From a virus: DNA of 64,000 bases. A program made the translations under genes and the position numbers. Within the stretch, counting starts at the first letter, position 1. Each line of letters starts with the position of its first letter. A model generated the notes under the pieces. That model ran no database searches, was not told where the DNA came from, and saw nothing but the letters and a program-made list of their open reading frames with translations. The stretch lies in IMG/VR virus record IMGVR_UViG_3300030098_004409, positions 46,289-110,288 of that record; one strand, 5' to 3'. Shown here piece by piece: positions 49,101-56,388 of the stretch.

Positions 49101-51666
49101 AATTGGCAACTCCTTGCTTGTTCATTCTATTTAGGTTGCCATAGCCTATCTGCTGAGCAGACTTTTTATTTATTACATACTCACCGGGAGTTAGCATTGC
49201 GGGTACAGTATCTACTTGACCGCCGGAGTTATACGCTCCTATTCTTCCGCCAAAGAACTTGCCTACTTGTGACAAACCTCTCGATAACGCAGCTTGAGTT
49301 GCAGACTGTTGTGCTGGACTATCGGGAGTTCCTTGTGTCCTTCTTATTTTGAGTCCAAAATTTGCCGCCGATTTATTTGATTCGCCTATGAGGGTATTTA
49401 GTATTTTTGTGGTCATAGATCCATCTTTGCCACTTATCTGATCTGTACCAAAAGTCTTTTTAAGCTCCAAAGCCTCTATGTTCTTCATTGACTTTGCATC
49501 AAAAAGTTTTTCAAGTTGTTTCTGATGGGTCTTGGGGTTGGGCATATCCCAGCCGCCTCTAGCTTCTGCTAGCGGAGCGCCTGACAGCATAGAGGTTACA
49601 GCCTCAAACATCAAACCAGAAATTGTATTTAGGTCTATAGACGCGAGAGCAGAATCCGCAGCTTTTGTCTCATCAAAAGTTAAATGCGGAGGAACATCAA
49701 ACGAAAGCTCTTTACCAATAGACTTGGCCATGCTTTTAACTGATTTACGTAGGTGTCTTTGTATAAACTCAGGATCACCAGACTGTGCCATGCTTTCATT
49801 CGCTGGAGCATTTATGAACGGTACATTCATTACTATATGATCTTCGGGCCCAAGGGCGCCCATTCCAACAGCTTGAGCTGCTGGGGATTTTTCTAGTTTT
49901 TGCCCATACTTTTTGTAGATAGCAGGAGGCAGTGCTCCAAATAACCTATCTACGCCGCCAGACGTACCCTTAGATGCAGTGTATGCTACTCCGGGAAGTC
50001 TACCGCCACCCATAACTTCAAAACCATCGACTTCTTCATCGCCCGCAAGAGAAACGCTACCCATAGTTGTCCCCGACTTGCGGGGAACACCTCTACCTAC
50101 CGTACCTGTATTATACCCATTCATTTCAGCTAGTCTACTTGCGCCAATTTTATTTACAGAAGACTTTCTAATTACAAACTCACCGGGTGTAAGCATAGCG
50201 GGAACTGTGTCTCTATTTCCTGTACCCGGAACATAACCACCCTTGTTAAAGCCATGTATCTTTCCACCTTGATTTCTTCCAGCAATTCCAGCAAATCTAC
50301 CGAAAGCAGGAACTGCTATCTGCCCAAGTTTAAATGCGGCAAGCGTTGTTAATATAGGAAGCAGCGGCTCTAAAGCGTCTACAATCCTAAGCACAGCATC
50401 TGCAAATTGAAGTGCCCCTTCAGCCAAGCTTCTAAACGTTCCACTATCTACCATATCACGAACAGTAGCGTCAAACTTTTCTTTCAGTTTAGCAAACTGA
50501 TTTCCAAGACCCTGTTGAGCTGTAGCTGCGTCTGCTGCAGTAGAACCCATAGAATTATTAGCCACAGCCAAGGCTTCAACAGATGTGCTGTATTGTTTGA
50601 TAAGAGGAATAACCTTACCGATCTGCCTAAATCCACCAAGCTGTTCTACGATCTCGTTAAATCTAAAGTCTCTTGGATCTAGACCAGATAGTCCAGCGGA
50701 CAACCTCTTTATTGCTTCAAGAGGCCCGACAAACTTACCAGTAGAATCCTGTAGGACAATACCTAACTCTCTCAGTTGATCTATTGTCTCAGTTCTCTGA
50801 ATACGAGTAAAGATAGTTCTAAACCCAGTAGCGATTGTGTCTGCGGTTTCACGAGTTGTAGATCTAACAGATGTGAACAATGCAATCAATTCATTTAACT
50901 GACCACCTGCAGCTTCAAATACACCCCCAGTTCTACGAACAACAGAGATAAGGTCAGCAGACTCAACAGCGAAGTTCTTAGATACAGCATTGATTGCGTC
51001 TAAGGCGTTTTCTAAAAACTTAGCCTCACTTCCAGCAGCGCGCACCTCTTTCCTAAACTGATTGATTAAAGCAACTGCACCCTCAGTAGTATCGGCAATG
51101 TTATCAAACGTAGCAGCTAAATCTGTTTGAGTCAATATCCTCAAAGATTTTGTAACTTGGTCAGCGGCTAAACCAGCTTGTGAAAGTGTTCTAGCTGCGC
51201 TTAATATCTCTTCAGAGCTAACCCCGAAGGTAGTAGCTAGCCTTGTGACCTCACCACTTAAGTTCTGCAGCGAGCGTACACTTTTCCCAGTCACCTGAGA
51301 AATCTTAAGCATTTCTTTTTCAAACTCAACAGCCCTACCTACGGCAGCTCCCATTGCGCGAGTAATACCTAAGAAGAAGCCCGTAGCAAGAGTAATCGAG
51401 GCAAATCTTCTGGCTGCAGCACCAAGGGCAGAACCAAAGCTTTCTGCAGATCTTGACGCGCCCCTTAAGTTTTTACTAACACTTCCCGCTGCTACTGATA
51501 CTTGAGTAAGTTGTTTTTGCGCGTTTGCAAGAGCTGAAGTGTTTATAACGGGATTGATTGGAATGTTAACAGCACTACCTAACTGCTTCTGCATCTGAGT
51601 AACTACCTGCCTAGTATTGGTAGGAGCTTGTAGCTGTAGCTGAGCAGTTAGTACAAATTTTGACAT
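40117..51666 (-). CDS. Tail tape measure protein (TP901-type N-terminal domain) with six internal conserved boxes
   Basis: 3849 aa. N-terminal FEKEMLKISQVTG...LSQAGL...NAVSKNFAVESADL...TIATGFRTIFTRI; long Ala-rich helical stretches; hydrophobic segments at ~47260-47910; follows tube and chaperone genes. Confidence 0.92.
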   Translation of the reverse strand: MSKFVLTAQLQLQAPTNTRQVVTQMQKQLGSAVNIPINPVINTSALANAQKQLTQVSVAAGSVSKNLRGASRSAESFGSALGAAARRFASITLATGFFLGITRAMGAAVGRAVEFEKEMLKISQVTGKSVRSLQNLSGEVTRLATTFGVSSEEILSAARTLSQAGLAADQVTKSLRILTQTDLAATFDNIADTTEGAVALINQFRKEVRAAGSEAKFLENALDAINAVSKNFAVESADLISVVRRTGGVFEAAGGQLNELIALFTSVRSTTRETADTIATGFRTIFTRIQRTETIDQLRELGIVLQDSTGKFVGPLEAIKRLSAGLSGLDPRDFRFNEIVEQLGGFRQIGKVIPLIKQYSTSVEALAVANNSMGSTAADAATAQQGLGNQFAKLKEKFDATVRDMVDSGTFRSLAEGALQFADAVLRIVDALEPLLPILTTLAAFKLGQIAVPAFGRFAGIAGRNQGGKIHGFNKGGYVPGTGNRDTVPAMLTPGEFVIRKSSVNKIGASRLAEMNGYNTGTVGRGVPRKSGTTMGSVSLAGDEEVDGFEVMGGGRLPGVAYTASKGTSGGVDRLFGALPPAIYKKYGQKLEKSPAAQAVGMGALGPEDHIVMNVPFINAPANESMAQSGDPEFIQRHLRKSVKSMAKSIGKELSFDVPPHLTFDETKAADSALASIDLNTISGLMFEAVTSMLSGAPLAEARGGWDMPNPKTHQKQLEKLFDAKSMKNIEALELKKTFGTDQISGKDGSMTTKILNTLIGESNKSAANFGLKIRRTQGTPDSPAQQSATQAALSRGLSQVGKFFGGRIGAYNSGGQVDTVPAMLTPGEYVINKKSAQQIGYGNLNRMNKQGVANFNKGGPVQFFANGTSGTGVPAGGGMNIGTGVNTSMEALAKSATTLSYKLDTIGQSLTQVVDDFAALQGIDEKINGAANALANTISTAVDDINVLQSIDEKLIGAIQPLAGSIANAGTVVSEGVQNFAAGMSTIDDTFKAQIDSTVSVVKTSMADFAKGLTTIDKTLKAQFSGPGKAVERAMKEVEKHLNTFGKELIEKVALFDTLVTPIEAVATDLNTFGGSVIARLDDLNPMSSGAILMGNALNASGQLLAEVSINVANALMAGATNVVKGMTNAITGIGGAGNMFAKLAAPVATVSKQMLNIANRLGGTYYLLSGLNDAILDMTKGLNSGAISVTQVSMASADTDQFFEKLEAAITAAIANINKAGAAASTTGAPRGGGGVAVAAGGGGGGGMAAMNNMMMLGMMLPMVTQQLGLFDDQLNEMIMTGTMLVTMFGMVAASATESVVAKLLEKNTTYQNALAKAQEMKASGLNTAAKHYETQASNLATAAMLRVGGAAAILTIGITVAVLMFMNAKAAAEDMAKGFHDTISSLKEGGAAAENLAQSQQRVRSALQAEAAASGGLWGAAIGAAVTALAVVLVPFTGGLSLAIPALVGLAAAGTVAAVAVAAAGYKIGESFATAEEGILNGGTLLATALYESAAAVGNLSNAQKMMELEQLDGIELLKRQNTAFEEFSTKATGAAGAMQAFMMLESGATSDVRADMDASEIFTEIREKGVDAMKEMAQTLFEQAEKLRSGIRGTIDELSKSGKSIEEVLANKDVQKGYQNLGNAIRQAFSVQMLMTGQMKQEAKARLGLVGVLEENMTVEQRRQIATLESTLIQQEANSNAEKAMEAQKKADKERLEAEQKARETAEQKLRADIAMARASAQAAAAIDVFAVELLNFSGTMDSVMMEFGALTGSVKQYRTQNDKLIGTLTSGTITPEAEQAAMQTAEQFGIEGETQKLLEQMKETERIRKVLTEEGLREFGGSLSETASELKVDEFFRDQGIDLSGLDADIRNEILAMFEDGLTPDEIQEITSILNEANEEQIKVLQDLAKAQNAYLGALFKFGDAVIKAENSVAKAFTKMVDVQIKGAERLAKAQGRQLTVGEVGAAAEQRRNAPLAGAGLVGGGVEAINIQLERKRQRQQEVAAQIKIKADRGQAEEVIKLQNEQKKLNNETKLLKEGLADLANQAELAAAVMGEIEKERGNRETIQGLIKEFTFASNESRLEMDKTFVALQRVLATGNLNAIPDQMRGAVGGLLDRLKDIELRPGMTGGDISKRLQAQMANALAIRARGFGLNPQELKKIFESTTKEDKLINDLRAINAEEQAAATALQQAEFQQMQDLIAAIGDLVATLEDAQIAAGDAGGDAAGGGRPPQRRAQGGIIYAAEGQSISNTAFKAKGTDTVPAMLTPGEFVVNKKATSQNMGLLKSINSGKTTYLAKGGVVTSPNNSGAVDKLSKSFSDDGIALKEALKENHKSLLNAGSSIKVEDAGDWLPGEMGGGGMAGYIKYDTGSQLGEKFPAWNNYRPGSIVKSPFSISKDGALQRKGWDVDKWKYHLQAVYDYYNVHDLLKNPPNNKNGYAGAVNSVKWMTTFPGVSSVKDPKHLTDLVNYIRFFYDSSYKGKSAIGAPEKGALIYDYAQGEGLTTDLAWIFANQDPGTDVALFDTKFANALRAIVKRQADIDEFNLGEIPNKSEFFANIPAMKTGIMNLEKMTTTGAIWPPGTIINGQPFYTPQSAYNMLYPDMNNAYGFYKSPTQQSFNFVDEIDTMWKEADALWYGPMLSSAKGLVNVKEMTKNFKKAASGLMDRSYGNWGKYVKSNMYDNKAFADNITEFFKDPKFFPLKLDGTVEKMADLITNSSWSKWSVGPGVTSRDAIDKTLKYPYSSLKSEWRVGPVGDLVEKINESFFGALGYIPWKGSSVLGKDFSRDLIAKNASGQKIVNDTKGQFVALANALRGGDAEAVANLLDAIEINVFGRGNAKFKLGGDNLGAIKNEAEQAAADEAAGDAAQEAGVVAALRRNFKIGYGTPEQKASTLFRVLGESPEPPLIGIARIPQDHQLFGKEGVFDPRIEDNRTVRWLSDVKRNAEHFDGLFPYFAALGQTVLGMGASGHVTAANADGSLSFSQMSLKGKLLKPGAGIPAGGAAGLLTMNAKALAQMKEWTTDHYPTWENIGERFDEFMLGLFFGFKPIDDHLTRMQNSARDAIIDADIANPSRPWSDWFSKELGQIPQWLKVGLPPQNAAGANQPFALPDMGFGVAPKPQMKAKGGPIGGVDWSPKGTDTVPAMLTPGEFVMQKSAVDKYGLGFMASINGGGLGNTGPYFSTGGRAVSQFGPARDMRLDKILNTVKLNSADIKGVEKSLTHITDNTSNIQANTANNELLADQSTVKAILQQAQANSVVIQDNNDDIGNMASSMLTSGEAASLEADLEVMTPIGNQLVGDMQALSIALVAAQGVLNQIIGWINNAWVQHQGVTFGLAQRFDIRMDALMNSLNANGVLGGGFKFATGGSVPGAGNKDTVPAMLTPGEFVMKKSAVGKYGKSFMSAINSGAVPQMFAEGGPVIDPMFWTTNDMEKEDPAIAAKWIGQFSKGNTPLFGADIVKSYMMNINEHGRGVWNRLPFASGFDPNHGTYKYTGVGNNENGLYAKDASRSDGYFYAFSLTRDSDVKNLDFGGYFAGLPRFGMSGPFLFTDVVANPGGAIGAPGAIPVAGSDTMSLANATGPMFAALWSRYAQQRKLPGFDGAVRRAGMALGELGSFTFSGGLAQQAAAFLVDRIKSGAWNPVEQMGAFVRERVAAGWKTGYPNEVLKMIQDTYATGALPNDFGSFGASYFAKGGMAKGTDTVPAMLTPGEFVMSKSAVDKYGVGFMRSINKGHKGAPGMKHGGGVQYLTNGDLASGSGGLDFSALSNSINTLSSSIATAFDGFTAAFNGFSALSELLSSTIAQMSNISINHNITVNGQLSIPGFSQEAINSIVNTIADQVAQQSTGKLKQMFQNFRDRQDRRT
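40573..50211 (-). repeat. Six dispersed DTVPAMLTPGE(F/Y)V coding repeats in the TMP
   Basis: Copies at 50173-50211, 49174-49212, 44893-44931, 42253-42291, 41545-41583 and 40573-40611. Confidence 0.95.
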
Positions 51667-51689
51667 TTAATTTCTCTCGTGCGGTTAAC

Positions 51690-51733
51690 AAAAAAGGGGT
51701 AGCATCAATACTACTGTATTCATAACTACCCCT
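51690..51733 (-). terminator. Terminator/attenuator-like hairpin just upstream of the TMP start
   Basis: - strand AGGGGTAG..AATAC-AGTA-GTATT..CTACCCCT followed by a T-run. Confidence 0.65.
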
Positions 51734-51750
51734 GTAAGACTGTCCAAACT

Positions 51751-51763
51751 TATATACACAAAA
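51751..51763 (-). promoter_or_regulatory. Putative late-promoter motif TTTTGTGTATATA
   Basis: Recurrent intergenic motif, directly after the upstream stop codon. Confidence 0.55.
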
Positions 51764-52729
51764 TTATGAAACTTCCTCTGTCTTTTTAGGTCTTCCACGT
51801 TTTTTTGGTGTATTTTCCTCAACTTCTGCAGTTTCTTCCGTAGTTTCTTCTGCAGTCTCTTTTTCAGGTACTGGAACAGGTTTCCCAGAATCGTCTAAAA
51901 ATGGCTCAAAATCATCCTCTACAAGCTCACCTTCTTCAGTGACCTCTTTGCCTTCTTTATTCACAAAATAACGATCTTCAGGATCTTGATTTTTATAACC
52001 TTCATCTGTTCTGTAGGCAATAAATCTAAGATTTTCATCAACCAAATACTCTTCTCCTTCTTCTTCATCTAAGAAAATAGGATGGCCATCTTCGTTAACT
52101 AATTGATTCTTTTTATTGGCAAAGTTATAAGCCTTAAGGAATTTATTTTCCTCTAAAGTATTATCATAGTTAGGGTCAAGTTCATAAATCAAAGATGCTA
52201 GCTCTCCTGCAGCTTCTGCTGCCCAAGGTTGGTCTCCCTGATCATCATAGTCCTTGAGATCTTCAAATGCTGGTGTCCGCTTATCTTGCTTAAGTACACA
52301 TAGTGTGACGAGAGAATTAAAGCGAGCATTATCTGCCTGACCTTCTACAGTGTTAGAATCGAGCATAGTTCTTTCAGCAATTAAGGTTCTAAACTTAGCC
52401 CGTGTCTTTCTTAGACTGAGAGCAATCTCTTTGGCTCTACTAAGCGAAATACCACCCTTCTTAAGTCTGCCTTCATCGTCGGCAATCTTAGTCAAAAGCT
52501 TTTTCTCTTCCGAGTCTTTGGCATCGTCCCACAACCCCTGAGATCTCATGTATTCTCCAAGCTTCTTTTTAAGAATAGCTCCGCCCTCCAAGGCTTCACG
52601 GAAAGCTTTATTGTATTCAATTTGAGAGTTTTTATACTCTTTAGTTGAGGGTCGCTTAACAAAAACAGTTACATCTTTGTCGTTATTATCTTTAGAATTT
52701 ACTTCTACAAAATCCTTCTTATCTGCCAT
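51764..52729 (-). CDS. Tail assembly chaperone-like protein (paralogue of 53089-54135)
   Basis: Directly upstream of the TMP; charged/helical; shares an ungapped motif pattern with 53089-54135. Confidence 0.65.
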   Translation of the reverse strand: MADKKDFVEVNSKDNNDKDVTVFVKRPSTKEYKNSQIEYNKAFREALEGGAILKKKLGEYMRSQGLWDDAKDSEEKKLLTKIADDEGRLKKGGISLSRAKEIALSLRKTRAKFRTLIAERTMLDSNTVEGQADNARFNSLVTLCVLKQDKRTPAFEDLKDYDDQGDQPWAAEAAGELASLIYELDPNYDNTLEENKFLKAYNFANKKNQLVNEDGHPIFLDEEEGEEYLVDENLRFIAYRTDEGYKNQDPEDRYFVNKEGKEVTEEGELVEDDFEPFLDDSGKPVPVPEKETAEETTEETAEVEENTPKKRGRPKKTEEVS

Positions 52730-52730
52730 C

Positions 52731-53087
52731 TTAATTCTCCTTTTCTTCTTTAATAGGTAGATTTACTGTGTATCTTTTCCAAGAAACATCATAGTGTGAT
52801 ATCTCTGCTTCTAGATTTCTTATTTGTGTGTTGCCACGATCCAAAATTTCAGATCGAGCATTTTCAAAAATAGACTTCAGTTGAACTTGTTCTTGTGTAA
52901 GCTCTCCATCCGTCTGCCATAAAAAACCAAAACTTTTTTCAATAGTATCCAAAGCTCCAATCATAGTTGTTTGAACCTTTTTCTTTGCTACTTGAAAAAG
53001 TCGGTCTTTTGAAACTTCCTTGTATCTCTCATCTCTTTTCTTTTTGAGGTCGAGAGATTGCTTTAATAAGCTATTATAATCATTCAT
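52731..53087 (-). CDS. Hypothetical helical protein in the tail chaperone region
   Basis: 118-aa ORF coupled to both neighbours. Confidence 0.65.
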   Translation of the reverse strand: MNDYNSLLKQSLDLKKKRDERYKEVSKDRLFQVAKKKVQTTMIGALDTIEKSFGFLWQTDGELTQEQVQLKSIFENARSEILDRGNTQIRNLEAEISHYDVSWKRYTVNLPIKEEKEN

Positions 53088-53088
53088 C

Positions 53089-54135
53089 TTACCTCATTCC
53101 TTTATAATGATCTTTCATTTGTTGAGTCCTCTGAATTTCTATGTCTTGTCGGACATCGTTCAATTCAGTAAAATTAATTTGACCTTCTTTTTGTTTTAAT
53201 TGGTCCTCCCTCTGTTTGATGGTTCCTCTGGCAAAGCCATCATTTAAGTCATATATTTGACTGGCGTCTTTACGGTCTTCAGCCATAACGAAGACTTCAC
53301 CAGCGTTTCTAATTTTTTCATTTTGTATCATGCCATCCACCTGATTTGATTTCTTTTGTTTTTCTTGTTTCTTACGCTGTACTATAAACCATCCATCTAG
53401 ACATATATCATCTGCTATCAGCTCTTCAGATGGAGCTTCTGGACTTTCATGAACGCTATCGTACATCTTTGAGTACATACATAGCCTAGACTGGTCTTGT
53501 GTTATTCTTGAGAATGGCACACCAAATATGTCTGTGCCTTTTCCTGTAGACCACATACCTCTCCACAGATCAGATCTAGCTAACTCTCTGTATTGTGGCT
53601 GAGATAGTGAGTTGGAGACTTTAAAGTTAAGGGCACTGGTGACTGAGCCCTCAGACCAATCGTACAAATTGCCATCTTTGTAGTGGACGGTTTTGCTAAT
53701 TATCCAAGCGTTTCTTGCTAATGTAGCACAGCCCTCACATGTCACATGATCAAGCGAGGATTTTTTACTATAGAGCTCAAGCCACTTCTTCTCAAGTCTA
53801 TGTATTTCCATTTTTATTGAATTAAGCTGTCTCTTCTTGACAAAGCTTTTAAAAGCGTCAACCTTTTTATTTTCTACCTGCTCCTGTAACTTATCTGCTT
53901 CTCTATCGTCTAGCGGTGTCCAGTAGTCATTTTCTATGAGTATTGGTATTATTTCTTCTTTGACATATACACCCTTCCAATAGCACTCATCATAAACCTC
54001 ATCATATACTTCATGTGATTCATATATAATTTCTGGAGTAGGTTCATGTATATATAGAACAAGGCCGTCTCGCACCTTGTAGCGCAAGCGACCTTGTATT
54101 ATTCTATATAAGTTTTTTTCGATATCTATTGACAT
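53089..54135 (-). CDS. Tail assembly chaperone-like protein
   Basis: Follows the tail tube gene; C-terminal YDSVHESPEAPSEELIADDICLDGWF resembles pre-TMP chaperones of large phages. Confidence 0.6.
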   Translation of the reverse strand: MSIDIEKNLYRIIQGRLRYKVRDGLVLYIHEPTPEIIYESHEVYDEVYDECYWKGVYVKEEIIPILIENDYWTPLDDREADKLQEQVENKKVDAFKSFVKKRQLNSIKMEIHRLEKKWLELYSKKSSLDHVTCEGCATLARNAWIISKTVHYKDGNLYDWSEGSVTSALNFKVSNSLSQPQYRELARSDLWRGMWSTGKGTDIFGVPFSRITQDQSRLCMYSKMYDSVHESPEAPSEELIADDICLDGWFIVQRKKQEKQKKSNQVDGMIQNEKIRNAGEVFVMAEDRKDASQIYDLNDGFARGTIKQREDQLKQKEGQINFTELNDVRQDIEIQRTQQMKDHYKGMR

Positions 54136-54223
54136 CTTGCCTTCCTAAAAATCCACCTAAAGCGCTTGCCGTCTTTTTTCCTATTATATTATATATAGAC
54201 GACTGTCGCGCGACACTAGCAAA

Positions 54224-55306
54224 TTAGCTACCGCTAGTATAGTAAGAACCACCACCATGAACTTTCAAGTCATTGAAAGTAGAGTAGGAGTAAGTACAAG
54301 TAGCGTTTCCACCACCAGTGTCACCACCAGAGTAAGAAACAGAACTCAGTTTGTTCTGAGTACCAAGGTCAATAACATGACCACCATCGTCCTTGATAAC
54401 AATCTCACGATTGTTCAAGTTTTCAGCAGTACCAGAAACATTAACTAAGTCACCACTAACAGCAGTAACTTCAAATTCAGCAGTAACTTCAATTGGGTAA
54501 CCAGCGTATCTGTGATAAGGCCCAAATGAACCCAGCTCTAAGATGCTTTCACGACCAAAGTCTGCACTAACAGAAATACTGCTGATATGGTATCCTTTAC
54601 TCTTGTCAGTACTAGTAGTTCCCATTGGGTTACTAATTTCTGCAGGAATCGTGGAATTTTTAATATCAACCTTCTGGCGTCTAACAAGACCACTACCTGT
54701 AGGCGAGCCTGTAGCAGGAGCGTTACTTGCTGACGTTGAAGTGTCAGAACCATCTAGCCCCGTAGTTGGGCTTGCGCCATAACTAGTATCTGGATTAGGA
54801 ACAACACCAGCAGTGTTATCTGACCAGAATTTATCGTTACCAACGAGCGTTATAGATTCTGTAGCGGCTCCATCAGTAGGATAAGTGTAAGAAACAGAAC
54901 TAATGTACATACCCGAACACATAACAACAGCACCAACTGAAGCACCACTAGTGCTACTGACGGTATCTGCATAAACACCAAGATAAACATCTGACCTGTT
55001 TTTACCCGCAGCAACCATATTATCTTTAACTGAGTTACCGCAAGCTTGACCATAAAGAAGTGGCTTACCATCAAGTACCTTTTCTAGGGTAACTTCGATA
55101 TCGGCAACTTCCTCTGAGTTTTCGTAGATCTGAATCTGGCCCAACTCAAAAGCTTGGTCTAGCGTAAAATTACTGGTAATACCAACAGATTGCACACCTT
55201 CCATAAAGCGGCCTGCGGTAGATGGACTACCGACTGCTGCTGGAGTGTGACCTGTTTTACCAATAAAAACAGCTTGGCAAGCATAGAATATTCTATTATT
55301 AGCCAT
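54224..55306 (-). CDS. Major tail tube protein
   Basis: 360 aa. GVQSVGITSNFTLDQAFELGQ...DIEVTLEK and a second ISSISVSADFGRESILELG...IEVTAEFE repeat give a tube-like beta fold; lies between the terminator-like gene and the chaperones; AGGAG RBS. Confidence 0.75.
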   Translation of the reverse strand: MANNRIFYACQAVFIGKTGHTPAAVGSPSTAGRFMEGVQSVGITSNFTLDQAFELGQIQIYENSEEVADIEVTLEKVLDGKPLLYGQACGNSVKDNMVAAGKNRSDVYLGVYADTVSSTSGASVGAVVMCSGMYISSVSYTYPTDGAATESITLVGNDKFWSDNTAGVVPNPDTSYGASPTTGLDGSDTSTSASNAPATGSPTGSGLVRRQKVDIKNSTIPAEISNPMGTTSTDKSKGYHISSISVSADFGRESILELGSFGPYHRYAGYPIEVTAEFEVTAVSGDLVNVSGTAENLNNREIVIKDDGGHVIDLGTQNKLSSVSYSGGDTGGGNATCTYSYSTFNDLKVHGGGSYYTSGS

Positions 55307-55367
55307 AATAATCTCCTATTTGATTAACATATATACGTATACTATCCACCTCTGGCTTGGTTATTAG

Positions 55368-55380
55368 TATATACACAAAA
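55368..55380 (-). promoter_or_regulatory. Putative late-promoter motif TTTTGTGTATATA
   Basis: Recurrent intergenic motif upstream of the tail tube gene. Confidence 0.6.
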
Positions 55381-55395
55381 AATTGAAAAAAGGTC

Positions 55396-56388
55396 TTATA
55401 TTCCTTCAGTTTCGGTAGCACATCGCACTGTTCCCATGTATAAATTGGGCGCTATTTGTGTGATTCCTTGCCCTCTAGTGTTGTGTATAAAGCACTGAGA
55501 CTTGTATCTAAAGTTATAAGAGGCATCAGAGGGGTTTGGTGCTTCATCTACTAGCTGGGGATAAAGGCCGCTAGGTAAAGCATTTTCGTTTATTTCACCC
55601 CTATAGTTAAGAGGATATACTCCAGAGATGGCAACTTTGTTTGTATCAAAAAGCCATATACTCCTATCGTTTTGGTAAGATATTTGGTCAATAAGGTTAT
55701 TACATTCCCAGTGGTTTTCCGCTACAACATAGAACAACACATCATTATACACGTATTGTCCACCACCTAATTGCCTCCCCTTAAAACCAACAGCAGGAAC
55801 AACCTCTACTGCGACTGTTGGAAGTTGAACTCTTGTCTGACCGAGTTGGGCCCAATCGCCAGAACCAAACTGTGTAAATGTGGAATTATCTGCACGGAAT
55901 GAGCCCTGTTGAATTTCTCTAAACCAAGGCACGCCTTCCGCAGGAATAACACTCACCCATTTGTGAGCGTAGTCTAATTTAACTTCTGTATTAGTAGATA
56001 TGGCAGTGTCAAATACAACTCTACCATCTGGGTAATTTATATGATAAGGTTGTTGTATGTTACCAGTAGCTCTGAATGTTCCGCCGACAAATACTCCAGA
56101 TATTCTGATTGGCTGTTCTGGATTTGCCACTCCGGTTTCCCAAACCCAATTACTTCTATAACCCTCCCAGACCTGACCATCAGTATAATTTGGATCGTCT
56201 ACAGCCCTTAGCTTATGTAGATCTCCTCCATATAAACCTGACTGAGGAATTTCTATATTGTAAAAAGCGCCTGCGTTTGTAAAGCCCCAATCATAAAAAG
56301 TTATAAAATTTTCAAGCAGCTGGTTGGAAAGCGTCGCGTCTTGTGTATTTTCAATACCTACTAGTGACTTGTACTGTTCATCTGGCAT
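55396..56388 (-). CDS. Tail terminator/neck protein
   Basis: 330 aa. QLPTVAVEV...QLGGGQ...DVLFYVVAEN..ECNNLIDQI is a tail-completion-like pattern; position directly before the tube gene. Confidence 0.6.
   Translation of the reverse strand: MPDEQYKSLVGIENTQDATLSNQLLENFITFYDWGFTNAGAFYNIEIPQSGLYGGDLHKLRAVDDPNYTDGQVWEGYRSNWVWETGVANPEQPIRISGVFVGGTFRATGNIQQPYHINYPDGRVVFDTAISTNTEVKLDYAHKWVSVIPAEGVPWFREIQQGSFRADNSTFTQFGSGDWAQLGQTRVQLPTVAVEVVPAVGFKGRQLGGGQYVYNDVLFYVVAENHWECNNLIDQISYQNDRSIWLFDTNKVAISGVYPLNYRGEINENALPSGLYPQLVDEAPNPSDASYNFRYKSQCFIHNTRGQGITQIAPNLYMGTVRCATETEGI

Noticed and set aside
40573-50211. TMP boxes as inteins/Hint domains or mobile DNA repeats
   Set aside because: No Cys/Ser start or His-Asn end motifs, and far too short. 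The DNA copies differ at synonymous sites, indicating protein-level conservation.
51764-54135. Programmed -1 frameshift between chaperone ORFs
   Set aside because: I did not identify a convincing slippery heptamer at the ORF ends by eye, and each ORF has its own start and RBS-like sequence. Not excluded without a scan.
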